Origin: Octopus vulgaris
Taxonomy: Eukaryota
DNA: 64,000 nt
Assembly (NCBI GenBank): GCA_951406725.2
Contig: OX597838.1
Coordinates: 3,286,001 to 3,350,000, forward strand
Reading direction: 5' to 3'
In this document: piece by piece, positions 42,708 through 54,600 of the stretch
Layout: the number at the start of each line of letters is the position of its first letter
Position numbering within the stretch: position 1 is the stretch's first letter
Notes under the pieces: generated by a model
What the model was told of the DNA's origin: nothing
Seen by the model: the letters and a program-made list of their open reading frames with translations, nothing else
The model's database searches: none
Made by a program: the position numbers and the translations under genes

Positions 42708-45060
42708 AATAAAGGAAAGACATATGTAAGGAACTGCTAAGGTGGCTACATGACTACCTTAGCAAGAAGATCCATTGATCTCTCTCTACAAGGTGAATCT
42801 TCCGATCCATTTATCAATATATCTGTTGTTCTATAACAATCCATACTTTACCTCCTTCCATTTTCCATTTTCTAAACTGATCGAGTCAACATCTGTACCA
42901 TCAGCCACACAGTTCTTCACCAATAATAAAATCCTCAGGTGAAAGTGATGCTGTGACTGGCAGCTCATACACTGAACTGACACGTAAAAAGCACCAACCG
43001 ATCGTGGCTGTTTGCCAGCCTCCTCTGGCCCCTGTGCCGGTGGCACGTAAGGAGCACCCACTACACTCACAGAGTGGTTGGCGTTAGGAAGGGCATCCAG
43101 CTGTAGAAACATTGCCAGATAAGACTGGAGCCTGGTGCAGCCTCCATGGCTTACTAGACCCCGGTCGAACCGTCCAACCCATGCTAGCATTGAAAACGGA
43201 CGTTAAACGATGATAATGATGATGAAGCCAAGGTGGACAATTAGCTAAAAGGTAACATTTCAGCTGCTGCAGTGCAAAACAAGAATGGATTTTATCAAGA
43301 AGAAATCCGTCAAGCATTGAATTTCACTTTAGGAACTGAACAATGGCTTTAGAAAATAAACTTGGATATTCTGGATGGCAAATCAACTTCAACAGAATCA
43401 TCCAAAACAGATTGGCAGAAAGGTTCAACACTTTCGCATTCAGATTATTCTGTGAAATGTAAGGCTTATTTAGTCACCATTTTGAATTCATCATTGCTTA
43501 TTTTTGGAATGATATTGTAGGTTAGGTATGAGAGGCTAGATCTGGCCAGTTTTAGCATAAAACAGGTACAAGATTTCAACCATGTATGGCTGGATTAAAG
43601 GGTATCAAAGAATAGCACGGCCGAAGGGTAACACATCAGGGAAGTATTCCTCATATTAAATGCAGTGGGTCCTTGCATAAGGGGGTGGGGTTAGAAAATC
43701 TTTGATCATTTGAGATTATACAAGCAATCATTAGACAAAATCACCTAGGATGCTCAAATTACAGAAAAAAACCCCCCAGGAAACCTACAACCAAGAAGAT
43801 AATTCTAATACCTGTTGGCTAAAAAGACCAGAACTGTCCTCACTTATAACAGAAGTCCCCAAATGTTTTTGGCCCATAGATTGATTTCATGGATGACAAT
43901 TTTTCCATGGACCAGGGGAAATCTCACACATAATAATGCATATACAAAGGGTAAACACCCCCTTGAGTCACGAATGGATAGCACCCAGAAATTACCCCTC
44001 CAGGAAAGATTGTTTATGGAAGACTAGCAGTTTCCCATGCTGCCAATGTTGTCAAAGACAAAGGGTCCGATACAGCTTGGCACCAGTGACGACATTGCAA
44101 CTCATTTCTACAGCGGAGTGAACTGGAGCAATGCGAAATAAATAAAGTGCCTTGCTCAAGAGCACAACACACAGCCCGGTCCAGGAATCGAACTGACAAC
44201 CTCATGATTGTAAACCTGATGCCCTAACCACTAGAAAGAGCCATTTATTTGGTATTTTACAAGTGAAACCCTAAGAAAGGAGCCGAGGAAGAGGAGAGAG
44301 AGAGAGTGGAGTGGAGTGGGGTGAGATGAGGGGGTGTTACAAGGAGTGGTTGGCCAGTTGGGAGGAGACATCTGAAGTAGAGGGGTGGGTGGGTAGGTGA
44401 ACGGTCTCTTCCACCACCACCACCACCATAACCAGCATCTATTCTTTTATATTAAATTTAATTGAAGACATCACTAAGAAAAAGAAAAAAAAAACAACAA
44501 TATCAGAGCAGGAATTGGAAGAATCTAGAAGAAAAGAAGGGGGGGTAACGAAGGGGAAGGTTGGGGGTAAGTAGAGAAGTACAGCTACTTTCTTTCTCCT
44601 CCTCCTACTCCCTACACCCATCACTCCAATGATTAAAAGACCTTTACACCCCCCACCCACACTAAATAGTTTCACATAGTTTTAACAAGGCATCAACATG
44701 ATGACGATGATGATGATACTGGGAGGGGGTGGGGTGATAATGGTGAGGATGTTGGTAATGGTGGTGGTGGTGGTGGTGATAATGGTAGAAGTAGAGATGG
44801 TGATTGTGGTGGCGGTGGCAATTGTGATAATGGGGGTTGTGATGGTGGTGGTGGTGGAGGTGGTGATGCTGTAATGTTGAGGAATTTCAAACTGACAAGG
44901 AAGAGGAGGGAGAAGAAACATAACAGTTCAGTTACAAAGATTACAAGGGGGGAGGGGGGAGGTTAGGGTGTACTGTCAAGTGTACTCAATACTCGACCCC
45001 CCCTCTAACCCCCACCACACGGAAACCAGAAGGTGAATGACTGGAGAAAGGGTTACTCAC

Positions 45061-45078
45061 AGTAATGGTATAGCCCCT
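45061..45078 (-). other. Candidate 18-nt alternative microexon of PTEN
   Basis: Minus strand CTTCCCTTTTTTTCTTTGACTCTTTTTAACATAG|AGGGGCTATACCATTACT|GTGAGT; no other AG for about 100 nt upstream; frame-preserving. Splice signals only, no transcript evidence. Confidence 0.4.
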
Positions 45079-45502
45079 CTATGTTAAAAAGAGTCAAAGA
45101 AAAAAAGGGAAGGTCGATCAGGGTGGGGTGGGGAAGGTTGTAAATGTGGTGGTGGTCATGGCAGTGATGGAGATGTTGTCGTTCTTTAGTTACTGGTCAA
45201 CCTTTATTGAGCAGATCTACACTCAAAGATATTCCAGTTGACCCTAATGCCCACCCACCCCCGCTCTTTTAGGGTTATCCCAAACCACATTCTATTCCCC
45301 ATTATGCTCCTTCCTATCCACTTTTCCATGCTTGCATGGGTAGGACGGATGCCCTTCCTGTCACCAACCTTCACTTGTACCCCAGTAAGGTAATATTTCC
45401 CCATGACCAGACGTGTTTTTCATGGAAGGCTGGAAATGAATGATCTCGCTTGTATAACGGTGATGCTCGTTTACAACCATCATGTAATGGCTGGGCAAAG
45501 AT

Positions 45503-45946
45503 ATGAGGAGGGAGGAGTTCATTAAAAATTTTCCCCTGACCCACTTCTGGTTATTGCAGGAAATGGAACTTGTGCAGGTACAATCATACATGTCTCTACC
45601 TGTCACATTGTGAATTGCAGCTCTCCACTAGGATTCGTTTGTTTTTTATGGCTGCTGAAGTGGACTGAAGTGTTATAATGGAGGCAGTTGAATGCAGATC
45701 AGTGATCAGGTTGTTATACTTGAAAGGGCTTAAACCAAAAGAGACCTTCGATGAGATGAAAGAAGTTTATGGTGACGAAGCACCATCATACGACATAGTC
45801 AAGCACTGGCATCACCAGTTCCAATGTGGTCGGACATCGGTGAAAACTGCTCCTATTCCTGGACGATGACTTCCGCCGTTGATGTTGACACAATCCAAAA
45901 AGTGGAGGCCACCATTTTGGAGGATTGCCGTGTAACTATTTGGCAA
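45503..45946 (+). pseudogene. 5' fragment of a mariner (Tc1/mariner) element with a truncated transposase N-terminal HTH
   Basis: ORF 45678-45869 MEAVECRSVIRLLYLKGLKPKETFDEMKEVYGDEAPSYDIVKHWHHQFQCGRTSVKTAPIPGR*, continuing out of frame as IQKVEATILEDCRVTI. The upstream TIR-like start is degenerate, so the boundary is approximate. Confidence 0.85.
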
Positions 45947-46542
45947 AAGTAAAACACAAGTTGATTCACAAAAGAATTTATATTTAGAGAGAAGATCACC
46001 AAGTGCCACCAGAAAGATGCATGAGGGCCACAGCTCTCCACTGCTGCTTAAACCCTTTTGCATTTAAACTGGCCTGATCCAGCCTCTTACACCTATTCTA
46101 CAATGTCATTCTGTAAATAATCACATCAAAATCCTGATGCTTTGAGACAAGGCAGGATTAATTCAAAATAATGTGAATAAGGGAGCTTTACATCTGTCAG
46201 CAATGTGAATGCTAAAGGGTTAACCCTTGTTCCCTTTGCATGAATGCAACCCCCACCCTCCATCAGAGTTTTTGGGGTAGTTTTATGAACTGCATAGCAA
46301 CCTCACTAGTTAATGCTGGTAATGTGAAAAAGAAAAACGCACTCAGTACACACTGTAAAATGGTCGGCACATTATGAAGGGCATCCTGCCTTAGGGACCA
46401 TGTCAAAATAGACACTGGAGCACAATGTCATCCTTAGACCCAAAGGGTCCTGTCAAACCATCCGGCTCATGCCAGTATGGAACAATTTTATTAACTATCA
46501 GTCTGAAGGGTGTCTGCATTATATAGATATGTATTCTTCTTA

Positions 46543-46839
46543 TGCGCCCTTTTCAAGCCTAGCCAGGCTCATGGGCCTGGTTTCTGTGGCGTATGTGCCC
46601 CCCATTCACAGCTGGATGGGACGCCAGTCCATCGCAGCGTTACTCAAGAAACAGGAAGAAAGAGTGAGAGAAAGTTGGGGCGAAAGAGTACAACAGGGGT
46701 CACCACCACCCCCTGCTAAAACCTCATGGGGCTTTAGGTGTTTTTGCTCAATAAACACACAACGCCCGGTCTGGAGATCGAAACCGCGATCCTCCGACTG
46801 CGAGTCCGCTACCCTAACCGCTGGCCTATTGCGCTTCCA
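46543..46839 (-). mobile_element. SINE with family B head and an alternative tail
   Basis: About 190-bp head matches 928-1110; tail CTGCGATGGACTGGCGTCCCATCCAG matches 36590-36635 instead of the 741-925 tail. Confidence 0.75.
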
Positions 46840-47081
46840 CATAGATATGTATTACACATGTAATAATGGTTATATTATAAATTAAGCACTTTTATTGTGA
46901 TTTCTTATGTGTGTAATCCCCAGGTACGTTTGTGGACCAAGAGCAAGGAAATTGGGGGTAGCTGTGATAAATGACTCGGGTGTGTGGGGTACGTGGAGAA
47001 GCCGGAATGTGTGTTGGAAGTAGCAACGGTAATAGCGATAATGGTGATAATGTAATAATCTTTATTTTAGTTAGCGGCAGT

Positions 47082-47322
47082 GAGGTGACGGTGGTGGTGG
47101 AGGTGTCGGTGGTGGTGGAGGTGTCGGTGGTGGTGGAGGTGACGGTGGTGGTGGAGGTGACGGTGGTGGTGGAGGTGACGGTGGTGGTGGAAGTGGAGGT
47201 GTCGGTGGTGGTGGAGGTGACGGTGGTGGTGGAGGTGACGGTGGTGGTGGAGGTGACGGTGGAGGTGGAAGTGGCGGTGGTGGTGGAAGTGGCGGTGGTG
47301 GTGGAGGTGACGGTGGTGGTGG
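47082..47322. repeat. 18-bp minisatellite, about 13 units
   Basis: Unit GAGGTG(A/T)CGGTGGTGGTG. Confidence 0.93.
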
Positions 47323-48423
47323 CTGCGAAATAGCAAATGTGAAAGTTGCAGGTGAGAAAGAGGAAAACGATGGGAAAGAGAGAGGGAAAGAGAGAGAGAG
47401 AGAGAAGAGCAAGGTGCAGGCGGCAAACAATGTGCAGCAGGAGAGGGTGGAACGGGTGACAAGTGGACAGGTGAGGAGGGGCTGCTGCTGCCGCCGGGAG
47501 AGGGTTACAAGAGGAAGAGGTGAACAAAAGAAAGGCTGACAGGTGGACAGAGAAAGCTGGGGGTGGACGGGTGGGGTAGAGGGGGAAGGACAAATGTGTG
47601 CGTGTGAGGGGGGGAACAAGAGAACAAGGGTGGATGGAAAAAGGGAGAGAGGGGTGGTGGGTGAGCAAAAGAAACATTCTTCGCCACCACCACCACCGTT
47701 GCCTACCCGCAGCGCCCCCACCCCCTTCCCCATCACCGACGAAATGAAAGTGAAGTGGAGGAAGGGGGGAGGGAGAGTGAAAGGAGTGAGTGAGTGAATG
47801 AGAAAGAGAATCGGTGAGTAAGAGTGAGAGGTGATGACAGAGTGAAGAGGAAGCGGAAAGAAAAAAACAACAAAAACACAAACAAAAAAAAAAGACAATG
47901 AAAGACAAGAGTTGAAGGAGGAGGACGAAGATAGAGAAGCTATGTAAGGTGATAGTGGCGGTGGTAGGGATGACAAATGAATGGAGGAGGAGGAGGAGGA
48001 AAGAGAGAGAGAGAGAATGATAGAGTGAGCATGTGTGAAAGAGAGAGAGAGCGTGTACAGCAGAAAGAGAGAGAGAGAGTGAGAGAGAATGATAGAGTGA
48101 GCGTGTGTGAAAGAGAGAGCGAGAGAAGGAAGAAGGGTAACGACTCCATTTTTTCCAGTTGAACAATTAGGTTTTTAGGTTAGTAATATATTTTCACGTT
48201 AACAGGGGTGGCAGGAGGAGGAGGGGGAGGAGGGGTGGTAGGAGAACAGTCATCTCCGCTAACACCACCACCACCACAACCACCACCACTAGAGTGAGTC
48301 GCTCCACCTGCTAGAAATACCAGTCAAATCTCTCTCAAATCGCACCCCCAACTGTCGTTCACAAACAAGCAAATATATGATACGAGGTTCTCTGCAAAAA
48401 AAAAGGGGACCTCACCCCCCCGC

Positions 48424-48744
48424 CAGAGCCGTCTTAAGGCAGGGGCACAGCTGCAGCTTGCCCCGAGGGCCCAATTCGGATCTACCTAATACTGTAGCTT
48501 ACTGTCATTATGGATAGATGCTATGCATTGATTTGGCCGGGGGCCTTTGTGATCTGTGTATGCTGTGGTTAGCGGTCAAATACCTTAAGGCCCACTGCAA
48601 TGATCCACCCGGTGGCCACGCGGACGTAGGGGCCCGAGTCTGATCTATGTATGTTCGTAGGTTGCTTGTTAGTAAGTAAATACTACAGGGTTCGAGTGTA
48701 CTGATTTGCCTGGAGGCCTAAAATGCTGTTAAGACACAGCACTG
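48424..48744. mobile_element. hAT-like MITE with an internal degenerate ~80-bp tandem unit
   Basis: Imperfect TIR CAGAGCCGTCTTAA / TTAAGACACAGCACTG; the internal GGGCCC..TGATCT.TGTATG..GTGG unit is also arrayed at 61790-62140. Confidence 0.5.
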
Positions 48745-51149
48745 AAAAAAAAAAGATGGGATGATCACGGCAGGAATGCGTTTAATCACAGATCTGCCTC
48801 TATGAAGTAGATGTGGAGACCTACTAGAAATAGCAGCCAAAGATCCTCCGCGTCTTGCAGAAATAAAATCTAATAAAACATTGGATAGTGTAGAATAGCG
48901 TGTATTATGCATTAATAAAACACGAGGTGATGGTCATGGCTGGAACTCATTCGAGCATTCGACTGCTGAATTAGAGTTAACTCACGGTTGAACATCACAA
49001 CCACCGCAAACTAACGAGGGAGCCTCTACGTGGCCGTTCGTTCGACCTGCCCGAAACAGCAACCCAATCTTCCTCAAATCATGCACCGTCTCTTTGAAAA
49101 GGAGGGACATGCTGGAAAGTCCTAGACATATCTCTGCAAAGAGACGAGGTAGGCAAGCCTGGAACACCGCTGTTCATGAGACCGATTCTACTCGAACAAA
49201 GATGGCCTAGGGTTAAACATCAAACCAGCAGTGAGAGAGAGAGAGAGAGAGAACGAGAGTGAGAGAGAATTCAAGAGGAGTGACAGTGGTGAGTGAATGA
49301 GGGTGAGTGTGACATGGCAGAGAAGTGATGGTGGAAGAAGGAGAGGAGATGGGAACCAAGCGGTAGCGACGTGGTGGTGTCAGAGGGGGAGAAGGCGGAG
49401 TGAGTAGAGAGTAATAAAAGAGGTGAGAGTGAGTGAAGTGTCAGCGACGTAGCAGTGAGTGGGAGCGGTGGCGGCGTTAAAAGATAGTGGCGGTGGTGGG
49501 AAAGAGAGAGAGGAATAAGTGTGAAATGCCAGCGATGTGTGGTGGTGGTAAGAGGTAGAAATTGAAAGAGAGGAAGGAGTGAATGTAAAGTAGTGGTGGT
49601 GATGGTGGGTCGTCGCCATCGTCGTCGAGGTGAAAAAAAAGAGAGAGAAGGGAAGAAGAAAGTGTGAGCGTTAAGTGGTAACGATGTTATGGCGATGGTG
49701 GTGATGGAAAAGTAGAGAGAAAGAGAGGAGCGAGTGAGTGAAAAGAGAGTAAAGTGGTAGTGGTGAGGTGGGGGATGGGTAAAAGGTCGAGAGGGAAAGC
49801 AAGGAAGGAGTAAAGGAGGAAGAAGAAAAAAAGAAAGGAGGGGGAGCAAGAAAGGTGTGAGGGAGGGAGAGAAAGAGAAGAATGAGTGAGGGAAGGAGAG
49901 AAAGCAAAGAAGGAGTAAGGGAGGGAGGGAGTAAGTGTGAAGTGGCAGCGATGTGGTGGTGGAGGTGGTGGAGAGAGGAAGGAGAGTTGTGTGTATGACA
50001 TAATGAGAACAATCTTAACTGCCATTATTGTTATTGTTGTTGTTGTTATTGTTATTTGTCTGACTCAATGTGGCCCCCTATTGTAATAAGATCACAGCCA
50101 GCATGGTACCTACTACCATCATCCAGCATTATTACTATTACTACTGCTGCTCCAACAACCACATGTATACACGATCACCACCATTATTCAGATACAACCA
50201 CATGTAGACAACTATCACACACACACACCACATCTACAATGTGTGTGCGTGTGTGTGCCTTTGTATGTATGTATGTATGTATGTATACACACACACACAC
50301 ACACCATTAACACAATGGCATATAAACAGTCCACATTATCTCTTCGCATACACACACACATATAAACAGAGACAAGAGACTTAAGAATGATTATACGAAG
50401 AACTCAATACGTTTGAAAATTTCTTTTTGTTTTTTATTTTGTTTTTAAAAAATCTTTTACTTGTTTCAGTCACTGGACTGCGGCCACGCTGGAGCACCAC
50501 CTTGAAGGGGGTTTTCTTTTTATCTTTTAAAAATTATTATTTTGAGACAAACGAATCGATTCAAGTACTAATTTTTTTTTTTTTTTTTTAAAGCTTGCCA
50601 ACTTGTGTTCTATCGGTTGTTTTTGCCGAACCGCTAAATTACGAGGACGTAGACAAACAAACCAACACCGGTTTTCAAGCGGCGGCATTGGTGGTGGGGG
50701 ACAAACGCATACGCAAAAACACAATTTCCATCAAAACCAAACCCACTTAAGGATTTGGTCAGCCTGGGGCTACAGTTATAAGACACCCGCCTAAGGGCTG
50801 AACCCGAAGTCTTCTGGTTGGGAAGCAAACTTCTTACCACAGCTATACAATGCATGTCTGCACGCGCGTGTGTGTGTGTGTGTGTGTGTATGTATATATA
50901 CACCAAATGTTCTTTTAGGTCTGCTACGAAGCCTTCACAAGACTAAAAAGAGACAGAAAAAAAGGAAAATGCCCCTTGCGTCTGAAAGCAATGGAAATAT
51001 TTTTAAAAACATTTCGTTTAATTTTTCCCCAATTTAGTTGTTTTTCATGCTTTACTCTAAGTTGAAAAAGCCACAAAGGCTGAAACCGGCACCAAAATGT
51101 TCCTCATAATAAAATTATTTTCGCATTTTCTACCTTGTCTTGTTTTTCA

Positions 51150-51181
<32 letters not shown>

Positions 51182-51224
51182 GGAAAATAAGACAAGGTAC
51201 AAAATGCTAAAATAATAAATATAT

Positions 51225-51611
51225 TACTCTTTTACTTGTTTCAGTCATTTGACTGCGGCCATGCTGGAGCACCGCCTTTAGTCGAGCAAATCGACCCCAG
51301 GACTTATTCTTTGTAAGCCCAGTACTTATTCTATCGGTCTCTTTTGCCGAACCGCTAAGTGACGGGGGCGTAAACACACCAGCATCGGTTGTCAAGCAAT
51401 GCTAGGTGGACAAACACACACACACACTCACACATACACACACATATACGACAGGCTTCTTTCAGTTTCCGTCTACCAAATCCACTCACAAGGCATTGGT
51501 CGGCCCAGGGCTATAGCAAAAGACACTTGCCCAAGATGCCACGCAGTGGGACTGAACCCGGAACCATGTGGTTGGTTAGCAAGCTACTTACCACACAGCC
51601 ACTCCTGCGCC
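51225..51611 (-). mobile_element. SINE family A, full-length
   Basis: Reverse-complement copy, near-identical to 18197-18593. Confidence 0.85.
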
Positions 51612-54600
51612 TATATATATATACATACACGGACAGAGAGAGACTTTATAGGAATACTAAGAACAAGTTATAACCAAGTCACAGAAGGAAAAACTCAATC
51701 CATTTTAAACTGTAGATCGTGCTTCTATTCTTTTCCTTGTTTCAGTCATTTGACTGTGGCCATTCTGGAGCACCACCTTAAAGAGTTTTGTTTTTTTAGT
51801 CAAAGAAATCGACCTCAGGACTTATTCTTTGTAAGCCAAGTACTTAATCTCTTTTTGCCGAACTGCTAAGTTACAGGGATGTAAACACACCAGCATCAGT
51901 TGTCAAACGATGGTGGGATGGGGGGTGGAAAAAACACACACAAACATAAATACACACATACACGCATCTGATGGGCTTCTTTCAATTTCTCGTCTTGTGT
52001 GAAAAACAAAATAGGAATTTAGAAAGAAGTTTCTATAAAACTTGTTTTTAAACATCGACCGGCTATAGGGGTCCACCAGAATAGAATAATGATTATTGGG
52101 GGTCCATAGATAAAAAAAAAAAAGAAAATAAAAATGGTTGAAAACCCCTAGTCTAAGTGGTTGCGTGACTTACAAGAAGTTACAACCAAATCTCCCTCAA
52201 ATAACTAACTATAGTCTTAAAAAAAGGAAGGATAATGTGGATAGAGTAAATGTAGAAATATAAAAAATACGATGCAATCATGGCAGAAACAATTTTTGTT
52301 GTGGTGGTGGTGGTGGTGTGTGTGTGTGTGGGGGGGGGAATGTCTGTTCTATCAGATCTCAAATAGATGGCGCCACAACCCGACTGCTACTCAATTTTAC
52401 TGACCCTTGAATTATATCGAAAGCTAAGTCAACCTCCGCAGGAGAGGAACTCAAAGAAACGTGTCTTAAATACGGCAAGATCTCTCTGACGTTCCAATTC
52501 TGTTATCTACCATTCCACACTGGCACAAGGTCTCGTTCAGTGTATATGACTGTGCGTGTACAAGGCCGCTTAGCTTGCTAAAAATACCAATCAAATTTCC
52601 CTCAAACTAAAAACTATACCAGCTTCAAGACGATGTAATCCCTGGAGTTTGTCGTAGTCCCCTGGTTCAAAATGAAACCCCCGTTGTCAAGGAGTCAAAC
52701 TTGTCTGTTAATCAATCACACCAGAATCCTTAACGGAATGAAATAAATGGTTGGGCAGATAGATACTATAGTCTCGGGCCGACCAAAGCCTTGCGAGTGG
52801 ATTTGGTAGATGGAAACTGAAAGAAGCCCATTGTATGTATATATATATATATATATATGTTTGTGTGTCTGTGTTTGCCCCGCCCCAGCCCATACATCCT
52901 CGTAACTTACTGGTTCGGTAAAAGAGACCGATAGAATAAGTACTAGGCTTACAAAGAATAAGTCCTGGGGTACTCCAGCATGGCCACAGTCAAATGACTG
53001 AAACAAGTAAAAGAGTAATCACATCATTGAAATTTCGAAGCTATGAGATGATGCAGGATTAATACAAAACAAACAAACATTTGATCCGAGACGAAATACT
53101 TTGAAAGCCGGAGGGTTGGTCACAGGCAGGATCGGTGAAAAGTTGGCCAAAGGCTTCACATTGTTAGTTCCTCCACTTGTGTTAAGTGCCGATCCACACT
53201 ACAGCGAAACAGGAAACGACAATCCGTTTAGAAGAGCCTGAAACACAGGGTAACACGGATCTTTATACAAAGTGTTCCGGACTGGTTGACCAATCAAGTG
53301 CTCGCTGGTGGGTTAGACCTGGTTTTAAATAACGAACGCTACACGGTCAAGCCAATCAACCTGCTAGACATAGCAGCCTGAATGCCTTCAAAATCACTTT
53401 CCATTCCCTCCTTATTCAAGACAGAAGTTTTACTCGGCCCTAAAAAGACAACATGGTGGTTGGGTTCAGGGCCGCTGTGTGACACGTTTGGTGTCTTCTA
53501 CTATAGTCTCAGATGGCCTAAAGCCTTGTGGCTGGACTTAGTAGACAGAAATTGAAAGAAGCTCATGTGGTAGAAAGCTTGCTTCAGCCCCACTGCCCAG
53601 CACCTTGGGCAAGTGTCTTCTATAGCCTCAGGCCAACCAAAGCCTTATGAGTGGGTTTGGTAGACGGAAACTGAAAGAAGCCCGTTGTATACATATATGT
53701 ATATGTTTGTATGTATGTCTTTGTGTTTGTCTCCTGCCACCACTTGACAACTGGTGTTGGTGTGTTTACCTCCCCATAATTTAGTGGTTCAGCAAAAGAG
53801 ATTGATAGAATAAGTACCAGGCTTAAAAAAATAAGTCCTGGGGTTGATTTATTTGACTAAAAACCCTTCAAGGTGGTGCTCCAGCATGGCCACAGTCAAA
53901 TGACTGAGACAAGAACAAAAGAATATATATATATATATATATGTGCACACACACACATACATACACACACACACACACACATGTATGTGTGTGCTTGACA
54001 ACCAGTGTTTTGTTTTTCATGTCCCCGTAACTTAGTGGCTCAACAAAAAGAGACCAATAGAATAAGCACCAGGCTGGGTCGATTTGTCCAACTGAACCTT
54101 TCAAGAGGTTTTCTTCCTGGATCTTTATCAAATTCTAGGCTGGATTTCCAAAGGGAGCATCTGTTTATAAATTAAGGGTAGTAATATTCAAAAGTAAAGG
54201 TCTGTAGTTCAATTCCAACTCAAGACCAGGCGTCAGAAAAATTCCATTTTCTTCATAACCCCTATTTGTTTTAGTCCTTTCCAAAATTATTTGAATTAAA
54301 ACAAATATTTTTATCGTGGGGCAGGCATGGGTGTGTGGTAAGCAGTTTACTTCCCAACCACATGGATCCAGGTTCAGTTCACTGCGTGGTACCTTGGGGC
54401 AAGTGTCTTCTGCAAAAGACCCATGGCTGACCAAAGCCTTGCGAATGGATTTAGTAGACAGAAACTGAAAGAAGCCTATTGTGTGTTTGTGTGTGCATGC
54501 GCATGTGCTTGCAAATGTGGTTGTGTGTGAGTGTGTATGAATGTGTGCATCCGTGCAAATGTGTGTGTTTGTGTGTTTTACTGACCCCTTGCCTTTGCAT

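Larger units (their letters stand above)
41772..43380 (+). mobile_element. Decayed non-LTR retrotransposon (CR1/L2/Jockey-like) RT fragment interrupted by the tRNA copy and SINEs
   Basis: Broken-frame motifs GLFP, KRESRSDLLKYQTISLL (resembling KGxRSDxxNYRPISLL), VVALNVEG (resembling VVALDIxGAFD), and KLKIQG...ICKELLRWLHDYLS (resembling KLxxxGIxGxLLxWLxSYLS). Boundaries approximate. Confidence 0.65.

Noticed and set aside
45062-45085. Reading NIEGLYHY resembles PTEN exon 2 (RLEGVYRN)
   Set aside because: Upstream sequence is a polypyrimidine tract, not IIAMGFPA, and no NIDDV follows; kept only as a microexon candidate in a different frame.
46892-48166. 424-aa ORF and overlapping 301/131/120-aa ORFs resembling mucin-, extensin- or His-rich proteins
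   Set aside because: They arise from an 18-bp minisatellite and purine-skewed low-complexity DNA that is open in several frames on both strands; no domain or splice support.
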